Source of the DNA: an uncultured Gemmatimonadales bacterium
GTDB lineage: Bacteria; Gemmatimonadota; Gemmatimonadetes; Longimicrobiales; RSA9
Assembly: GCA_963816355.1 (NCBI GenBank)
Contig: CAWFKH010000003.1
Location: 1,504,001 to 1,568,000, forward strand
Direction of reading: 5' to 3'
Length of the DNA: 64,000 nt
Made by a program: the position numbers and the translations under genes. Of the stretch, positions 30,445-39,727 are shown one piece after another. Positions within the stretch are counted from its first letter, which is position 1. Each line of letters begins with the position of its first letter. Under the pieces are notes generated by a model that worked only from the letters and a program-made list of their open reading frames with translations, was not told the origin of the DNA and made no database searches.

Positions 30445-31830
30445 TCAGGCGCCGGCCGCGGGGAGGGGATGGAGGGTGGCGTCCTCGCGGCGGGCGGCGG
30501 CGCGGCCGGCGTCGACGTCGACGCGGGAGAGGATCACGATGCCGGCGATGAAGAAGACGACGATCGCCACGATGCCGAAGCGTCCGGAGCCGGTGATCTG
30601 GGATACGAGCCCGAAGAGGAGCGGCCCGAAGATACCGGAGAACTTATCGAAGACGCCGAAGAAGCTGAAGAACTCGGAGGACTTGTGTCTGGGGATCATG
30701 GTCGCGTAGAGGGAGCGGCTGAGCGACTGGGCGCCGCCCTGGACGGTGCCGACGGCGGCGGCGAGGACCCAGAAGTGCCATGCCTCGGAGAGGAAGTAGC
30801 CGGCGAGCGAGATGATCGTGTAGCCGACGAGGGTGATGTAGATGGCGCGGCGGTTGCCGATGCGGTCCGAGATCGCGCCGAAGAGGAAGGTGAACGGGAC
30901 GCCGATGAACTGGGTGAGCAAGAGCGCGCCGATGAGGTCGCTCTCGGCGATGCCGAGCGAGGTGCCGTAGACGGCGGCCATCTTGACGATGGTTCCGAGG
31001 CCGTCGCTGTAGAGCCAGAAGGCGGCGAGGAACTTGAACAGGTCGGGGTAGTTGCGCGCCTCGCGGAGCGTCTCGGCGAGGCGGGCGAAGCCGGCGGTGA
31101 ACGGGTTGATGCGCGGCGACTCGTCGCCTTCCAGCTCGCGCGGCGGCTCCGGCACGTCGCGCAGGAGCGGAATCGTGAAGAGCGCCCACCAGAGCGCCAC
31201 CATGACGAAGCTGGCGCGGCTTGCGGCGCCGGCATCCGCGAAGCCGAAGAGCGCCGGCTTCGAGATCATGACGGCGTTGGCGGCGAGGAGGAGGCCGCCG
31301 CCGATGTAGCCGACGGCCCAGCCGCCGGCGGAGACGCGGTCGATCTCCTGCTCGTCAGCGATGTGCGGGAGCAGCGAGTCGTAGAAGACGATCGAGCCGG
31401 TGAAGCCGATGTTGCCGCCCACGAAGAGGAGCGAGGCGAGCAGCCAGTCGCCGGAACGGACGAACCAGAGGAGGCCGGTCGACACGGCGCCGAGGAGCAT
31501 GAAGGCGGCGAGGAAGCGCTTCTTCGCGCCGAGGTAGTCGGCCATCGTCCCGAGGATCGGGGACACGACGGTGATGAGCAGGAGCCCGAGCGCCGTGGTG
31601 TAGCCCCAGTACGCCTGTCCGAGGTTCGGCGCGAACGTCGCGGCCGCCACGCGCACGTAGTAGATCGGCAGCACGACGGCCATGATCGTCGTCGCGAAAG
31701 CCGAGTTCGCCCAGTCGTAGAGGGCCCACGAGCGCAGGACGCGCCGGTGCAGCCCGAGCGCGGTCAGCAGGCGGCGCCGCACCCCGCCCGCGCTCGCGTC
31801 GGGCGGCGTCGTCGTGGCCGGCGGGCTCAC
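30445..31830 (-). CDS. MFS transporter, UMF1/Atg22-like
   Basis: [24 protein letters not shown]; about 12 TM helices. Confidence 0.9.
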   Translation of the reverse strand: MSPPATTTPPDASAGGVRRRLLTALGLHRRVLRSWALYDWANSAFATTIMAVVLPIYYVRVAAATFAPNLGQAYWGYTTALGLLLITVVSPILGTMADYLGAKKRFLAAFMLLGAVSTGLLWFVRSGDWLLASLLFVGGNIGFTGSIVFYDSLLPHIADEQEIDRVSAGGWAVGYIGGGLLLAANAVMISKPALFGFADAGAASRASFVMVALWWALFTIPLLRDVPEPPRELEGDESPRINPFTAGFARLAETLREARNYPDLFKFLAAFWLYSDGLGTIVKMAAVYGTSLGIAESDLIGALLLTQFIGVPFTFLFGAISDRIGNRRAIYITLVGYTIISLAGYFLSEAWHFWVLAAAVGTVQGGAQSLSRSLYATMIPRHKSSEFFSFFGVFDKFSGIFGPLLFGLVSQITGSGRFGIVAIVVFFIAGIVILSRVDVDAGRAAARREDATLHPLPAAGA

Positions 31831-32684
31831 CTTGCCCCGTCGCCGTTCAGGGCTGGGTCGCCGGGCGGTTCGCGATCCTCGCGCAGCGCGCGGATGGCGC
31901 GCAGGAGGCCGACGAACTCCTGGGGCGGCAGCGTCTCCGGCCGCCGCTCGAGATCGAGCCCGGTCGCCGCCTCGAGGCGCGCAATGCGTTCGTGGTCGAA
32001 GCCGTAGGCGGGGGCGGAGCGGAGCGTCTTCTGGAGCTGCTTGCGGCGGCGGGAGAACGCGGCGCGGGTGAGCTCGCGGAGCTCGCGCTCCTCCTGCGGC
32101 GTGAGGCGCGGCGGGACGTGCGGCCGGATGCGCAGCACGGCGGAGTCGACGTCGGGGACGGGGTGGAAGGCGCCGCGGCTCACGTCGAAGAGGCGCTCGA
32201 CGTCGGCGAGCGCGCGCACGCCGACGGTGAGCGCGCCGTAGTCGCCGCCGCCCGGGTCGGCCAGGATGCGGTCGGCCACCTCCTTCTGCACCATCAACAC
32301 GATGCAGGCGGGGCGCGTCGGCCGCTCGAGCAGCCAGAAGAGGATGGGCGTGGTGATGTTGTAAGGGATGTTGCCGACGACCTTGAGCCGGGCGACGTCG
32401 TCCAGCTGGCGTTCGAGGTCGAACTCGAGGATGTCGCCGCGGACGATGCGAAAGCCGGCGAGGCCGCCCAGCTCCAGCTCCAGTGCGTCGGCGCAGCGGG
32501 GGTCGAGCTCGACGGCGACGAGACGGCGGACGCGGCCGGCGAGGTGGCGCGTGAGGGCGCCCGTGCCGGGGCCGATCTCGAGGACGTCGTCGTCCGCCGT
32601 CGGGTCCAGCGCCGCGACGATGCGCCGCTGCAGGTTCGGATCGAGGAGGAAGTTCTGAGCCAGGGAGCGGCGGGCGCGGATCAC
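31827..32684 (-). CDS. rsmA: 16S rRNA m6,2A dimethyltransferase
   Basis: SLAQNFL, LEIGPGTG, GNIPYNIT, MVQKEVA, PDVDSA. Confidence 0.95.
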   Translation of the reverse strand: MIRARRSLAQNFLLDPNLQRRIVAALDPTADDDVLEIGPGTGALTRHLAGRVRRLVAVELDPRCADALELELGGLAGFRIVRGDILEFDLERQLDDVARLKVVGNIPYNITTPILFWLLERPTRPACIVLMVQKEVADRILADPGGGDYGALTVGVRALADVERLFDVSRGAFHPVPDVDSAVLRIRPHVPPRLTPQEERELRELTRAAFSRRRKQLQKTLRSAPAYGFDHERIARLEAATGLDLERRPETLPPQEFVGLLRAIRALREDREPPGDPALNGDGAR

Positions 32685-32688
32685 GACG

Positions 32689-34272
32689 TCAGCTGCGGAC
32701 GAGGACCGCGGTGCGGTCGTCGGGCGGGATCGCGGAAGAGGAAGCCGCCGCGGCGAGCGCGAAGAGGCGCTCGAGGATGTCGGCGGGCGAGCGCTCGTGC
32801 ATCTCGCGCACGGCCGCGACGAGCTTCGCTTCGCCGCTGACGCCGCCCGCCGCGGAGAAGGCGTCGGAGAGGCCGTCGGTGAAGAGGCAGAGGAGGTCCT
32901 CGGCGGGCGCCCACTCGACGGTGCGCTCGTGGTACTCGGCGAGCGGAAGCACGCCGAGCGGCGGACTGGTGGCGGCGAGCCGCTCCGCACCGCCGTCGCC
33001 GCGGATGCGGAACGCGTGCGGATGGCCGGCGCTCGCGTAGGTGATCCTGCCGGCGCCCGGATCGAGCACGCCGTAGAAGAGGGTCATGTACATCTCGGTC
33101 GACTCGAGCTCGCCGATCAGCGCCTGGTGGACGCGCTGCAGCACTTCGGCCGGCGGGTCGGACTCCTTGGCGTAGATGGCGACGGCGCTGAGCGTCAGGG
33201 CCATGATCAGCGCGGCGGAGAAGCCGTGGCTGGAGACGTCGCCGATCATGACGCCGAGGCGCTCGTGGGAGAGACGGAAGAGGTGGTAGAAGTCGCCGCC
33301 CACGGAGTCGGCCGGCACGCAGCGCGCCGCGACGTGGGCGGTGCCCTGGAAGCGCGAGACGTCCGGGAGCAGCTTCATCTGGAGGTCGTGCGCGAGCTCG
33401 AGCTCGCGGAGCAGCCGCTCCTGGCGCACGCTCTCCTCCATCAGCCGGTGCGTCTCGAGAGCGGCGCCGATCTGGCTGGCGATCGCCGCGAGCAGCCGCA
33501 CGTCGCCGGCGCTGAAGCGGACGTTCGAGGTGCGGCCGATCAGCGTGATGACGCCCACGGTCCGGCTCACGCCCTCCGGCGGCGTGAACTGGATCGGCAC
33601 GGAGAGGAACGCCTCGCGCTCGGACGGTCTCGGCTCGCGCGCGGAGCCGCGTGGGAGCGAGACGCCCTGCTCGAGGTTCACGGGCTGACGCTCGCGGAAC
33701 ACCTTGGCGGCGATCGAGTCCGGGTCCGCGGCGGCGATCGGCCCGCTCACGCCCTCGTCGCCCACCGAGGCGGTGAGGTGAAGGCGGCCGTCGTCGGCGT
33801 GGTAGACCCACAGCGAGGCGCGCCGGGCGCCGAGCAGGTCGGCGACCTCGGCCAGAATGCGGCCCGCCGCGGCCTCCAGGCTCACGACGGATCCGAGCGT
33901 CTCGCTGATCGAGTAGAGCAGGTTGATCTCCTCGTAGCGCTCGGCCAGCTCGCGGGCCGCGAGGCGCGCCTCCCGTTCGTACGCGATGATCCGCGTCACC
34001 GCGTCGACCAGGAAGGCGCGGTCGGGAGATGCCTCCCCTTCGCGGGGTGCCTCGCCGAGCTCGAGGTAGAGCGGCTCCGGACCGCGCTCGACGAGCACCA
34101 GGTCCGCTTCGCGAGGCGGCGGCGCGTCTTCACCCGGATAGAGCGCCTGCCACTCCTCCTCCCGCCGGCGCCACAAGCGCACGGCCGCGCCGGTGCCGCG
34201 GCTGCACGCGTCGAGCAGCGTCAGCACGGGCGCGGGCAGCGTTCCTCCGGCGTCCGACAGCGCGACGCTCAT
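32689..34272 (-). CDS. GAF + SpoIIE/PP2C serine phosphatase (RsbU-like)
   Basis: ELAHDLQ, VGGDFY, IGDVSSHG, ASAGHP, FTDGL, DDRT. Confidence 0.9.
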   Translation of the reverse strand: MSVALSDAGGTLPAPVLTLLDACSRGTGAAVRLWRRREEEWQALYPGEDAPPPREADLVLVERGPEPLYLELGEAPREGEASPDRAFLVDAVTRIIAYEREARLAARELAERYEEINLLYSISETLGSVVSLEAAAGRILAEVADLLGARRASLWVYHADDGRLHLTASVGDEGVSGPIAAADPDSIAAKVFRERQPVNLEQGVSLPRGSAREPRPSEREAFLSVPIQFTPPEGVSRTVGVITLIGRTSNVRFSAGDVRLLAAIASQIGAALETHRLMEESVRQERLLRELELAHDLQMKLLPDVSRFQGTAHVAARCVPADSVGGDFYHLFRLSHERLGVMIGDVSSHGFSAALIMALTLSAVAIYAKESDPPAEVLQRVHQALIGELESTEMYMTLFYGVLDPGAGRITYASAGHPHAFRIRGDGGAERLAATSPPLGVLPLAEYHERTVEWAPAEDLLCLFTDGLSDAFSAAGGVSGEAKLVAAVREMHERSPADILERLFALAAAASSSAIPPDDRTAVLVRS

Positions 34273-34691
34273 CGCGGCCGCCGTTCCCGGGCGCGCAGGA
34301 CCATCGTGATCGAATTCCCTCGCTCGTTGAAGATCACTTCATCCATCAGCTTGCGAATCAGGAAGATGCCGCGTCCGCCAGGCCGGCGGCGGTTGTCGGG
34401 AAGGGTGGGATCGGGCACGTCGGCCGGGTTGAAGCCGCGGCCCTCGTCGGTGATGCGGACCGTCGCGCGCCCGGGGCTGAAGCGGGCCTCGACCCGCACG
34501 TGCTTCTCCGGGTCCCGGTCGTTGCCGTAGAGGATCGCATTGACGAGCGCTTCCGTCACGCCGACGCGGAAGTTGAGACGCAGCCGATCCTCGCCGAAAC
34601 CGGCTTCGCGGCAACGCTCGATCAGGTACTCGACGACCCGCTCGACAGCCCGCAGGTCGTTCTCGACCTCGAAGGTGTGCTTCGTCTGCAT
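34269..34691 (-). CDS. anti-sigma factor / serine kinase (RsbW-like)
   Basis: EALVNAILYGN, DEGRGF, GRGIFLIRKLMDEV. Confidence 0.92.
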   Translation of the reverse strand: MQTKHTFEVENDLRAVERVVEYLIERCREAGFGEDRLRLNFRVGVTEALVNAILYGNDRDPEKHVRVEARFSPGRATVRITDEGRGFNPADVPDPTLPDNRRRPGGRGIFLIRKLMDEVIFNERGNSITMVLRARERRPR

Positions 34692-34743
34692 CCCCTCGCG
34701 CGGCCCGCGCCGGCCGCTCTCGCCTTCCGGCCGCCGCGGCGGC

Positions 34744-35076
34744 TCAGAAGGACTCGAGCGCCTCTTCGCGGCTGTTCGCGATGTGGAAGAGCGTGTCGAG
34801 CTTCGTCAGCTCGAAGAGCGTGCGCAGATCGTCGTTCAGGTTGGCGAGGCGCAGCTCGCCGCCCTGCTCGCGGATCTTCTTCGACAGGGAGACGAGGACG
34901 CCGAGTCCGGAGGAGTCGATGTAGCCGGTGTCGGAGAAGTCGATCAGGAATCGGCGCGCGTCGTGCTCGAGCTCATCGAGCACCTTCTGCTTGAGCTCCT
35001 GGCGATTGCCGACGATCAGCTGTCCCTCCACGTCGATCACGGTGATGTCGCCCTGCTTCGAGACGTCGAACGCCAT
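34744..35076 (-). CDS. anti-anti-sigma factor, STAS domain (RsbV-like)
   Basis: YIDSSGLGVL phospho-serine motif. Confidence 0.93.
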   Translation of the reverse strand: MAFDVSKQGDITVIDVEGQLIVGNRQELKQKVLDELEHDARRFLIDFSDTGYIDSSGLGVLVSLSKKIREQGGELRLANLNDDLRTLFELTKLDTLFHIANSREEALESF

Positions 35077-35127
35077 CGCATTCGCTCCTGGACCGGTTGT
35101 CGAGACTCGGGACGGGGCTCGCGTGTC

Positions 35128-35142
35128 GCAAGTAGCGAGCCG
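35128..35142 (-). promoter_or_regulatory. sigma-54-type promoter motif upstream of the STAS gene
   Basis: CGGCTCGCTACTTGC (GG-N10-GC) 52 nt upstream of ATG. Confidence 0.45.
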
Positions 35143-36132
35143 CTATGCTTGCAGTGCCGTGATGCACGCGACGTTGACAATGTCGCCGACGCTCGCCCCG
35201 CGCGAAAGATCGTTGATCGGCCGCGCGAACCCCTGAACGATCGGGCCGTACGCCTCCGCGCCCGCGAGCCGCTGCACCAGCTTGTACGCGATGTTGCCGG
35301 CGTCGAGGTCCGGGAAGACGAGCACGTTCGCCGAACCCGCGACCGCGGAACCGGGCACTTTCCGCCGGGCGACGTCCGGCACCAGCGCTGCGTCCGCCTG
35401 AAGCTCGCCGTCCGCCGCCACGTCCGGCCGCGCCTCGCGGAACAGCGCCAGCGCCTCGCGCACCTTCTCGACGCTCCGGCCGCCCGCGCTGCCGTGCGTC
35501 GAGTAGGAGAGGAAGGCGACGACCGGTTCGTCACCGACGATCGCGCGCCGCGAGTCCGCGGCGGCGGCGGCGATGTCGACCAGCTCCTCCGCCCGCGGAT
35601 CGGGCACCACCCCCGCGTCGGTGAACGTGAGCACCTCCTCGCCGCGCCCGCGGAAATCCCGCACCACCATGTAGAACGACGACGACACCGTTCGCACGCC
35701 CGGCACCTTCTCCACGCACTTCAGCCCGGCCCGCAGCACGTCCGCCGTAGCGGTCGCGGCGCCGGCGACGAGTCCGTCCGCCGCACCCGCCGCCAGGAGC
35801 AGCGCGCCGTAGAGCAGGGGGTCGAGGACACGCTGGCCGGCGTCCTCGACGGAAGCGGCGCCGCCGCGCGGGAGGCGGAAGAGCAGCGCGGCGAGAGCGT
35901 CGCGGCGGCCGTCGGAGCGCGGGTCGACCACGCCGACCTCCTCGCCGCCGCCGTGGAGGCGCAGACGTTCGCGGATCGCGTCGGCATCGCCGAGGAGGAG
36001 CGGCCGCGCGAGCCGGTCGCGCGCGAGCTGCAGCGCGGCGAGGACGACGCGTTCGTCGTGGGCCTCGGGGAACGCGATGGTGCGCACCCTCTCCCGCGCG
36101 CGAGCGCGGATCCGTTCGACGAACGGCGTCAC
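35143..36132 (-). CDS. pta: phosphate acetyltransferase
   Basis: AFPE, LSYSTHGS, DGELQADAA, FPDLDAGNIAYK, NDLSRG. Confidence 0.93.
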   Translation of the reverse strand: MTPFVERIRARARERVRTIAFPEAHDERVVLAALQLARDRLARPLLLGDADAIRERLRLHGGGEEVGVVDPRSDGRRDALAALLFRLPRGGAASVEDAGQRVLDPLLYGALLLAAGAADGLVAGAATATADVLRAGLKCVEKVPGVRTVSSSFYMVVRDFRGRGEEVLTFTDAGVVPDPRAEELVDIAAAAADSRRAIVGDEPVVAFLSYSTHGSAGGRSVEKVREALALFREARPDVAADGELQADAALVPDVARRKVPGSAVAGSANVLVFPDLDAGNIAYKLVQRLAGAEAYGPIVQGFARPINDLSRGASVGDIVNVACITALQA

Positions 36133-36145
36133 GCGGGGGAAACGC

Positions 36146-36655
36146 TCACACGCCCGGCTTCTCGAACTTCCGCCGCAGGCGCTCGGCGATCGAGGGGGAG
36201 ACGAAGCCGCTGACGTCGCCGCCGAGCGAGGCGACTTCCCGCACGAGCGAGGCGGAGAGGAAGGAGTGGTTGACGTCGGGGGCGAGGAAGACCGTTTCGA
36301 TGTCCGGCCACAGCTCCCGGTTCATCAGCGCCATCTGGAACTCGTACTCGAAGTCCGAGACGGCGCGCAGACCGCGGATGATGAGCCGCGCGCCCCGCTC
36401 GCGGGCGAAGTCGACCAGCAGGCCGGAGAACTGCGCGGTCTCGACGCCCGGCTCGTCGCCGAAGACCTCGTGGATCATCTCGACGCGATCCGCGACGGGG
36501 AAGAGAGCGCTCTTCGCGTGCGTCGGACGGTGGGCGACGCTGACGATCACGCGGTCGCAGAAGCGGAGCGCCCGGCGGACGATGTCCTCGTGGCCACGCG
36601 TGATCGGGTCGAAGGAGCCCGGATAGAGGGCGAGGTGTCGCGCTGCGTCGTTCAT
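36146..36655 (-). CDS. coaD: pantetheine-phosphate adenylyltransferase
   Basis: YPGSFDPITRGH, RGLRAVSDFEYE. Confidence 0.97.
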   Translation of the reverse strand: MNDAARHLALYPGSFDPITRGHEDIVRRALRFCDRVIVSVAHRPTHAKSALFPVADRVEMIHEVFGDEPGVETAQFSGLLVDFARERGARLIIRGLRAVSDFEYEFQMALMNRELWPDIETVFLAPDVNHSFLSASLVREVASLGGDVSGFVSPSIAERLRRKFEKPGV

Positions 36656-37179
36656 GGCCGGGCCGGGATCATCGTGAGCATGGTGTCGCCGTAGCGCCGT
36701 TGCCGGGCGCCGGCGAGCGCGGGCAGCTTCTCCCCTACCCGGTGCTCGATCCAGAGCACGGCGGCGAAGGGGATGGCGAGGAAGGCGCGCGCGAGGGCGT
36801 CGGCCTGCCCCGTCTCGTACGGCGGATCCGCGAGCGCGACGTCGTAGGCGCCCGCCTCCAGGGCGGAAGCGTAACGCAGCGCATCGCCGCGCACCACCTC
36901 CGCCTCGTCGCGCGCGCCGAGCGCATCGAGGTTCTCGCCGAGCGCGCGCAGCGCCGCGGCCGCCCGCTCGACGAAGGTGACGTGGTCGGCGCCGCGCGAG
37001 AGCGCCTCGAGGCCGAGCGCGCCCGACCCCGCGTACAGGTCGAGCACGCGCGCTCCGGGCAGGGACGGCTGCAACATGCTCATCCAGGCCTCGCGGACCC
37101 GGTCCGTCGTCGGCCGCGTCGCACGCCCCTTCGGCGAGGCGATCGGTCGGCCGCCCCAGCGCCCGGCGATGATCCTCAC
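36652..37179 (-). CDS. rsmD: 16S rRNA m2G966 methyltransferase
   Basis: RIIAG, RPTTDRVRE, LDLYAGSGALG, DPPY. Confidence 0.95.
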   Translation of the reverse strand: MRIIAGRWGGRPIASPKGRATRPTTDRVREAWMSMLQPSLPGARVLDLYAGSGALGLEALSRGADHVTFVERAAAALRALGENLDALGARDEAEVVRGDALRYASALEAGAYDVALADPPYETGQADALARAFLAIPFAAVLWIEHRVGEKLPALAGARQRRYGDTMLTMIPARP

Positions 37180-38933
37180 GCGGCCGGCGAGGAGCCGGCC
37201 GGCGGACGGAGATCGAGCACGCGCGCCTGGATGCGGGTGCGGCCGTTCCAGCGGTCCTCCTGGAGATGGAACGCCACGTCGATCGTCTCGCCTCCACGGA
37301 TCCGGGGATCGATGCGGTCGGCGAGGCCGAAGGCGATGCCCGCCACGCGTGCATCGCCCTGCCGCAGATCCAGGCGCAGGTGGTTCTCGCCCACGCGCTT
37401 CGGCGCCGCCGCCAGCCGCGCCGCCCGCGCCACGAACACCGGCGTCGGATTGCCCACGCCGAACGGCCCGAGGTGGGCGAGGAGCCGCAGCAGCTCGCCG
37501 TTCGCATCCGCCAGCGGCAGCTCGAGGTCGTATTCGACTTCGCCGCTCAGGTCGCGGTCGGCCAGCTCCGCGGCGGCGCGCGCGTTGAACGCGGCGCGGA
37601 AGGCGGCGAGGCGGTCCTCGCTCACGTCGAAGCCGGCGGCCTGGCGGTGGCCGCCGAAGCGCTCGAGGTGATCGCCGCAGTCGCGGATCGCTGCGAACAG
37701 GTCGAAGCCGCGAACCGAGCGCGCGCTGCCGCGGCCGCGGCCGCCGGCGAGCGCCACCAGCGCGGTGGGCCGGTGCACCTCCTCGACGACGCGTGACGCG
37801 ACGATGCCGATGACCCCCGGATGCCACCCCTCCCGCGCGAGCACCAGGCCGAAGTCGCGCGCCGGATCGTAATCGGCTTCCAGCAGCGCCATCGCCTCGC
37901 CCAGCGTCTCGCGATCGACCTCGCGACGGCGCCGGTTCGACGCCTCGAGCTCGCGCGCCAGCGTCGCCGCTTCCGCCTCGTCGTCGGTCAGGAAGAGCCG
38001 CAGGGCCCATTCCGCCTCGCCCACCCGGCCCGCCGCGTTGATGCGCGGCCCGAGACCGTGACTGAGGTGACCCGCCGACAGCGGCCCGTCCGCCAGCCCC
38101 GCCTCCCGAAGCAGGGCGCGCACCCCCGCCTTGCGCGAGCGCGGCAGGACGCGCAGGCCGTAGCGCACGAACACCCGGTTCTCCCCCCGCAGCGGCACCA
38201 GGTCCGCCACGGTGGCGAGCGCCACCAGGTCGAGGTGGTAGAGGAGGTCCTCCTCGTCCCCGTCCTCCGCCTGCACCAGCGCCTGGCACAACTTGAACGC
38301 CACGCCCGCGCCGCACAGCCCCTTGTGCGGATACGTGCAGTCCGGCCGGCCCGGGTCGACCACCGCCACCGCTGGCGGCAGCGTGGCCCCCGGCCGGTGG
38401 TGGTCCGTCACGACGACGTCGATCCCCGCCGCGCGCGCCGCCGCGACGGCGTGGGCGGCCCCGATGCCGCAGTCGCCCGTGAGCACGAGCCGTGCGCCGA
38501 CCTCCGCCGCGCGCCGCACCCCGGCCGCGCCGAAGTCGTAGCCGTCCCGCACGCGGTGCGGCACGAACGGCTCGACGCGGGCGCCCAGCGAGCGCAGCAC
38601 ACGGGTGTAGAGCGCGGCCGTACACACGCCGTCGACGTCGTAGTCCCCGTGCACGAGGATCGTCTCGCCCGCGCGGATCGCGGCGCGGATGCGCGTGACG
38701 GCGTCGTCGAGGCCGGCGAGGGCGTGCGGATCGTGGAGCTGGTCCAGGCGGGGTCGCAGGAAGGTGCGGGCGGTCGCGTCGGATGCGTGGCCGCGCGCGA
38801 CCAGGAGCTGGCCGAGCGGGAGCGGCAAACGGAGCGCCGAGGCGAGGGCGGCGGCCTGCGAAGCCGCGTCCTGTCCGCCGCGGGTGCGGGGGACCCAGCG
38901 TCGGGGCCGCCGATCGATCGCCTGCGAGAGCAT
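37176..38933 (-). CDS. recJ: single-stranded DNA exonuclease RecJ
   Basis: GDYDVDG, TDHH, PRINAAGR, GSARS, GGHRQAAG. Confidence 0.96.
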   Translation of the reverse strand: MLSQAIDRRPRRWVPRTRGGQDAASQAAALASALRLPLPLGQLLVARGHASDATARTFLRPRLDQLHDPHALAGLDDAVTRIRAAIRAGETILVHGDYDVDGVCTAALYTRVLRSLGARVEPFVPHRVRDGYDFGAAGVRRAAEVGARLVLTGDCGIGAAHAVAAARAAGIDVVVTDHHRPGATLPPAVAVVDPGRPDCTYPHKGLCGAGVAFKLCQALVQAEDGDEEDLLYHLDLVALATVADLVPLRGENRVFVRYGLRVLPRSRKAGVRALLREAGLADGPLSAGHLSHGLGPRINAAGRVGEAEWALRLFLTDDEAEAATLARELEASNRRRREVDRETLGEAMALLEADYDPARDFGLVLAREGWHPGVIGIVASRVVEEVHRPTALVALAGGRGRGSARSVRGFDLFAAIRDCGDHLERFGGHRQAAGFDVSEDRLAAFRAAFNARAAAELADRDLSGEVEYDLELPLADANGELLRLLAHLGPFGVGNPTPVFVARAARLAAAPKRVGENHLRLDLRQGDARVAGIAFGLADRIDPRIRGGETIDVAFHLQEDRWNGRTRIQARVLDLRPPAGSSPAA

Positions 38934-38981
38934 CCCGCAGTGTATGCCGCGCCTGGCGGACGCGGCAAGGTGCCGTCCGGG

Positions 38982-39689
38982 TCAGTCCTCGGCGTAGAGG
39001 ATCACGCCGCACTGCTCGCAGCGGACGAGCGCGCCGGCGCGGCGGATCTCCGTCTGCCGCTGGATCGGCACCATGCTGAAGCAGTGGCCGCACGCGCCGT
39101 CGGCGGTGAGCGCCGCGAGCGCCGTCCGCGTACGGCCGCCGCGCACGCGCTCGTAGAGCTGCCGTGCGGGGGCCGCGATGCGGTCCGTCTGCCCTTCGCG
39201 CTGGCCGACGAGCGCTTCGAGCTCGTGGACGGCCGACGCGCGCTCGTCGAGCAGCGCCTTGCGCCTCGGCTCCAGCTCCGCGAGCGCGGCGTCGCGCTTG
39301 CCGGTGAGCTCGTCGAGCTTCAGCTCCGAGCGCTTCGACTGGTCCATCTTCTCGATCGCCTCACGCTCGTCCGCCTCCAGCGCGCGACGCACCAGATCGA
39401 GCTCGCTCTGGGCCGCCGCCTGCTCGCGCGCGTCTCGCACGCGCATGAGGCGGTCCTCGTACTTCTTGAGCCGGTCGCGCTTCTCGTCCGCCGCTCGCTC
39501 GAGCCGCCGTGCCTCGGTGCGCTGCTCGTCGAGCGTGGAGCGCACCGCTTCGATCTCCTTCTCCAGTGCGCCGACCGGTGCATCGATCTCTTCCAGGAGC
39601 GGGTCGAACTCGGCGACCTTGCGCTCCGCCCCCTCGATCTGCTCGTCGAGGTCCTGCAACGTGATCAGTGAGTGGTGTAGCTCTTCCAT
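38982..39689 (-). CDS. coiled-coil protein with C-terminal C4 zinc ribbon (DUF164/CT398-like)
   Basis: LQDLD start, long coiled coil, CGHC...CEQC. Confidence 0.88.
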   Translation of the reverse strand: MEELHHSLITLQDLDEQIEGAERKVAEFDPLLEEIDAPVGALEKEIEAVRSTLDEQRTEARRLERAADEKRDRLKKYEDRLMRVRDAREQAAAQSELDLVRRALEADEREAIEKMDQSKRSELKLDELTGKRDAALAELEPRRKALLDERASAVHELEALVGQREGQTDRIAAPARQLYERVRGGRTRTALAALTADGACGHCFSMVPIQRQTEIRRAGALVRCEQCGVILYAED

Positions 39690-39727
39690 GTCCCTGGCTC
39701 GTCTCGCTCTTCCGGGTGTCGTGAATC

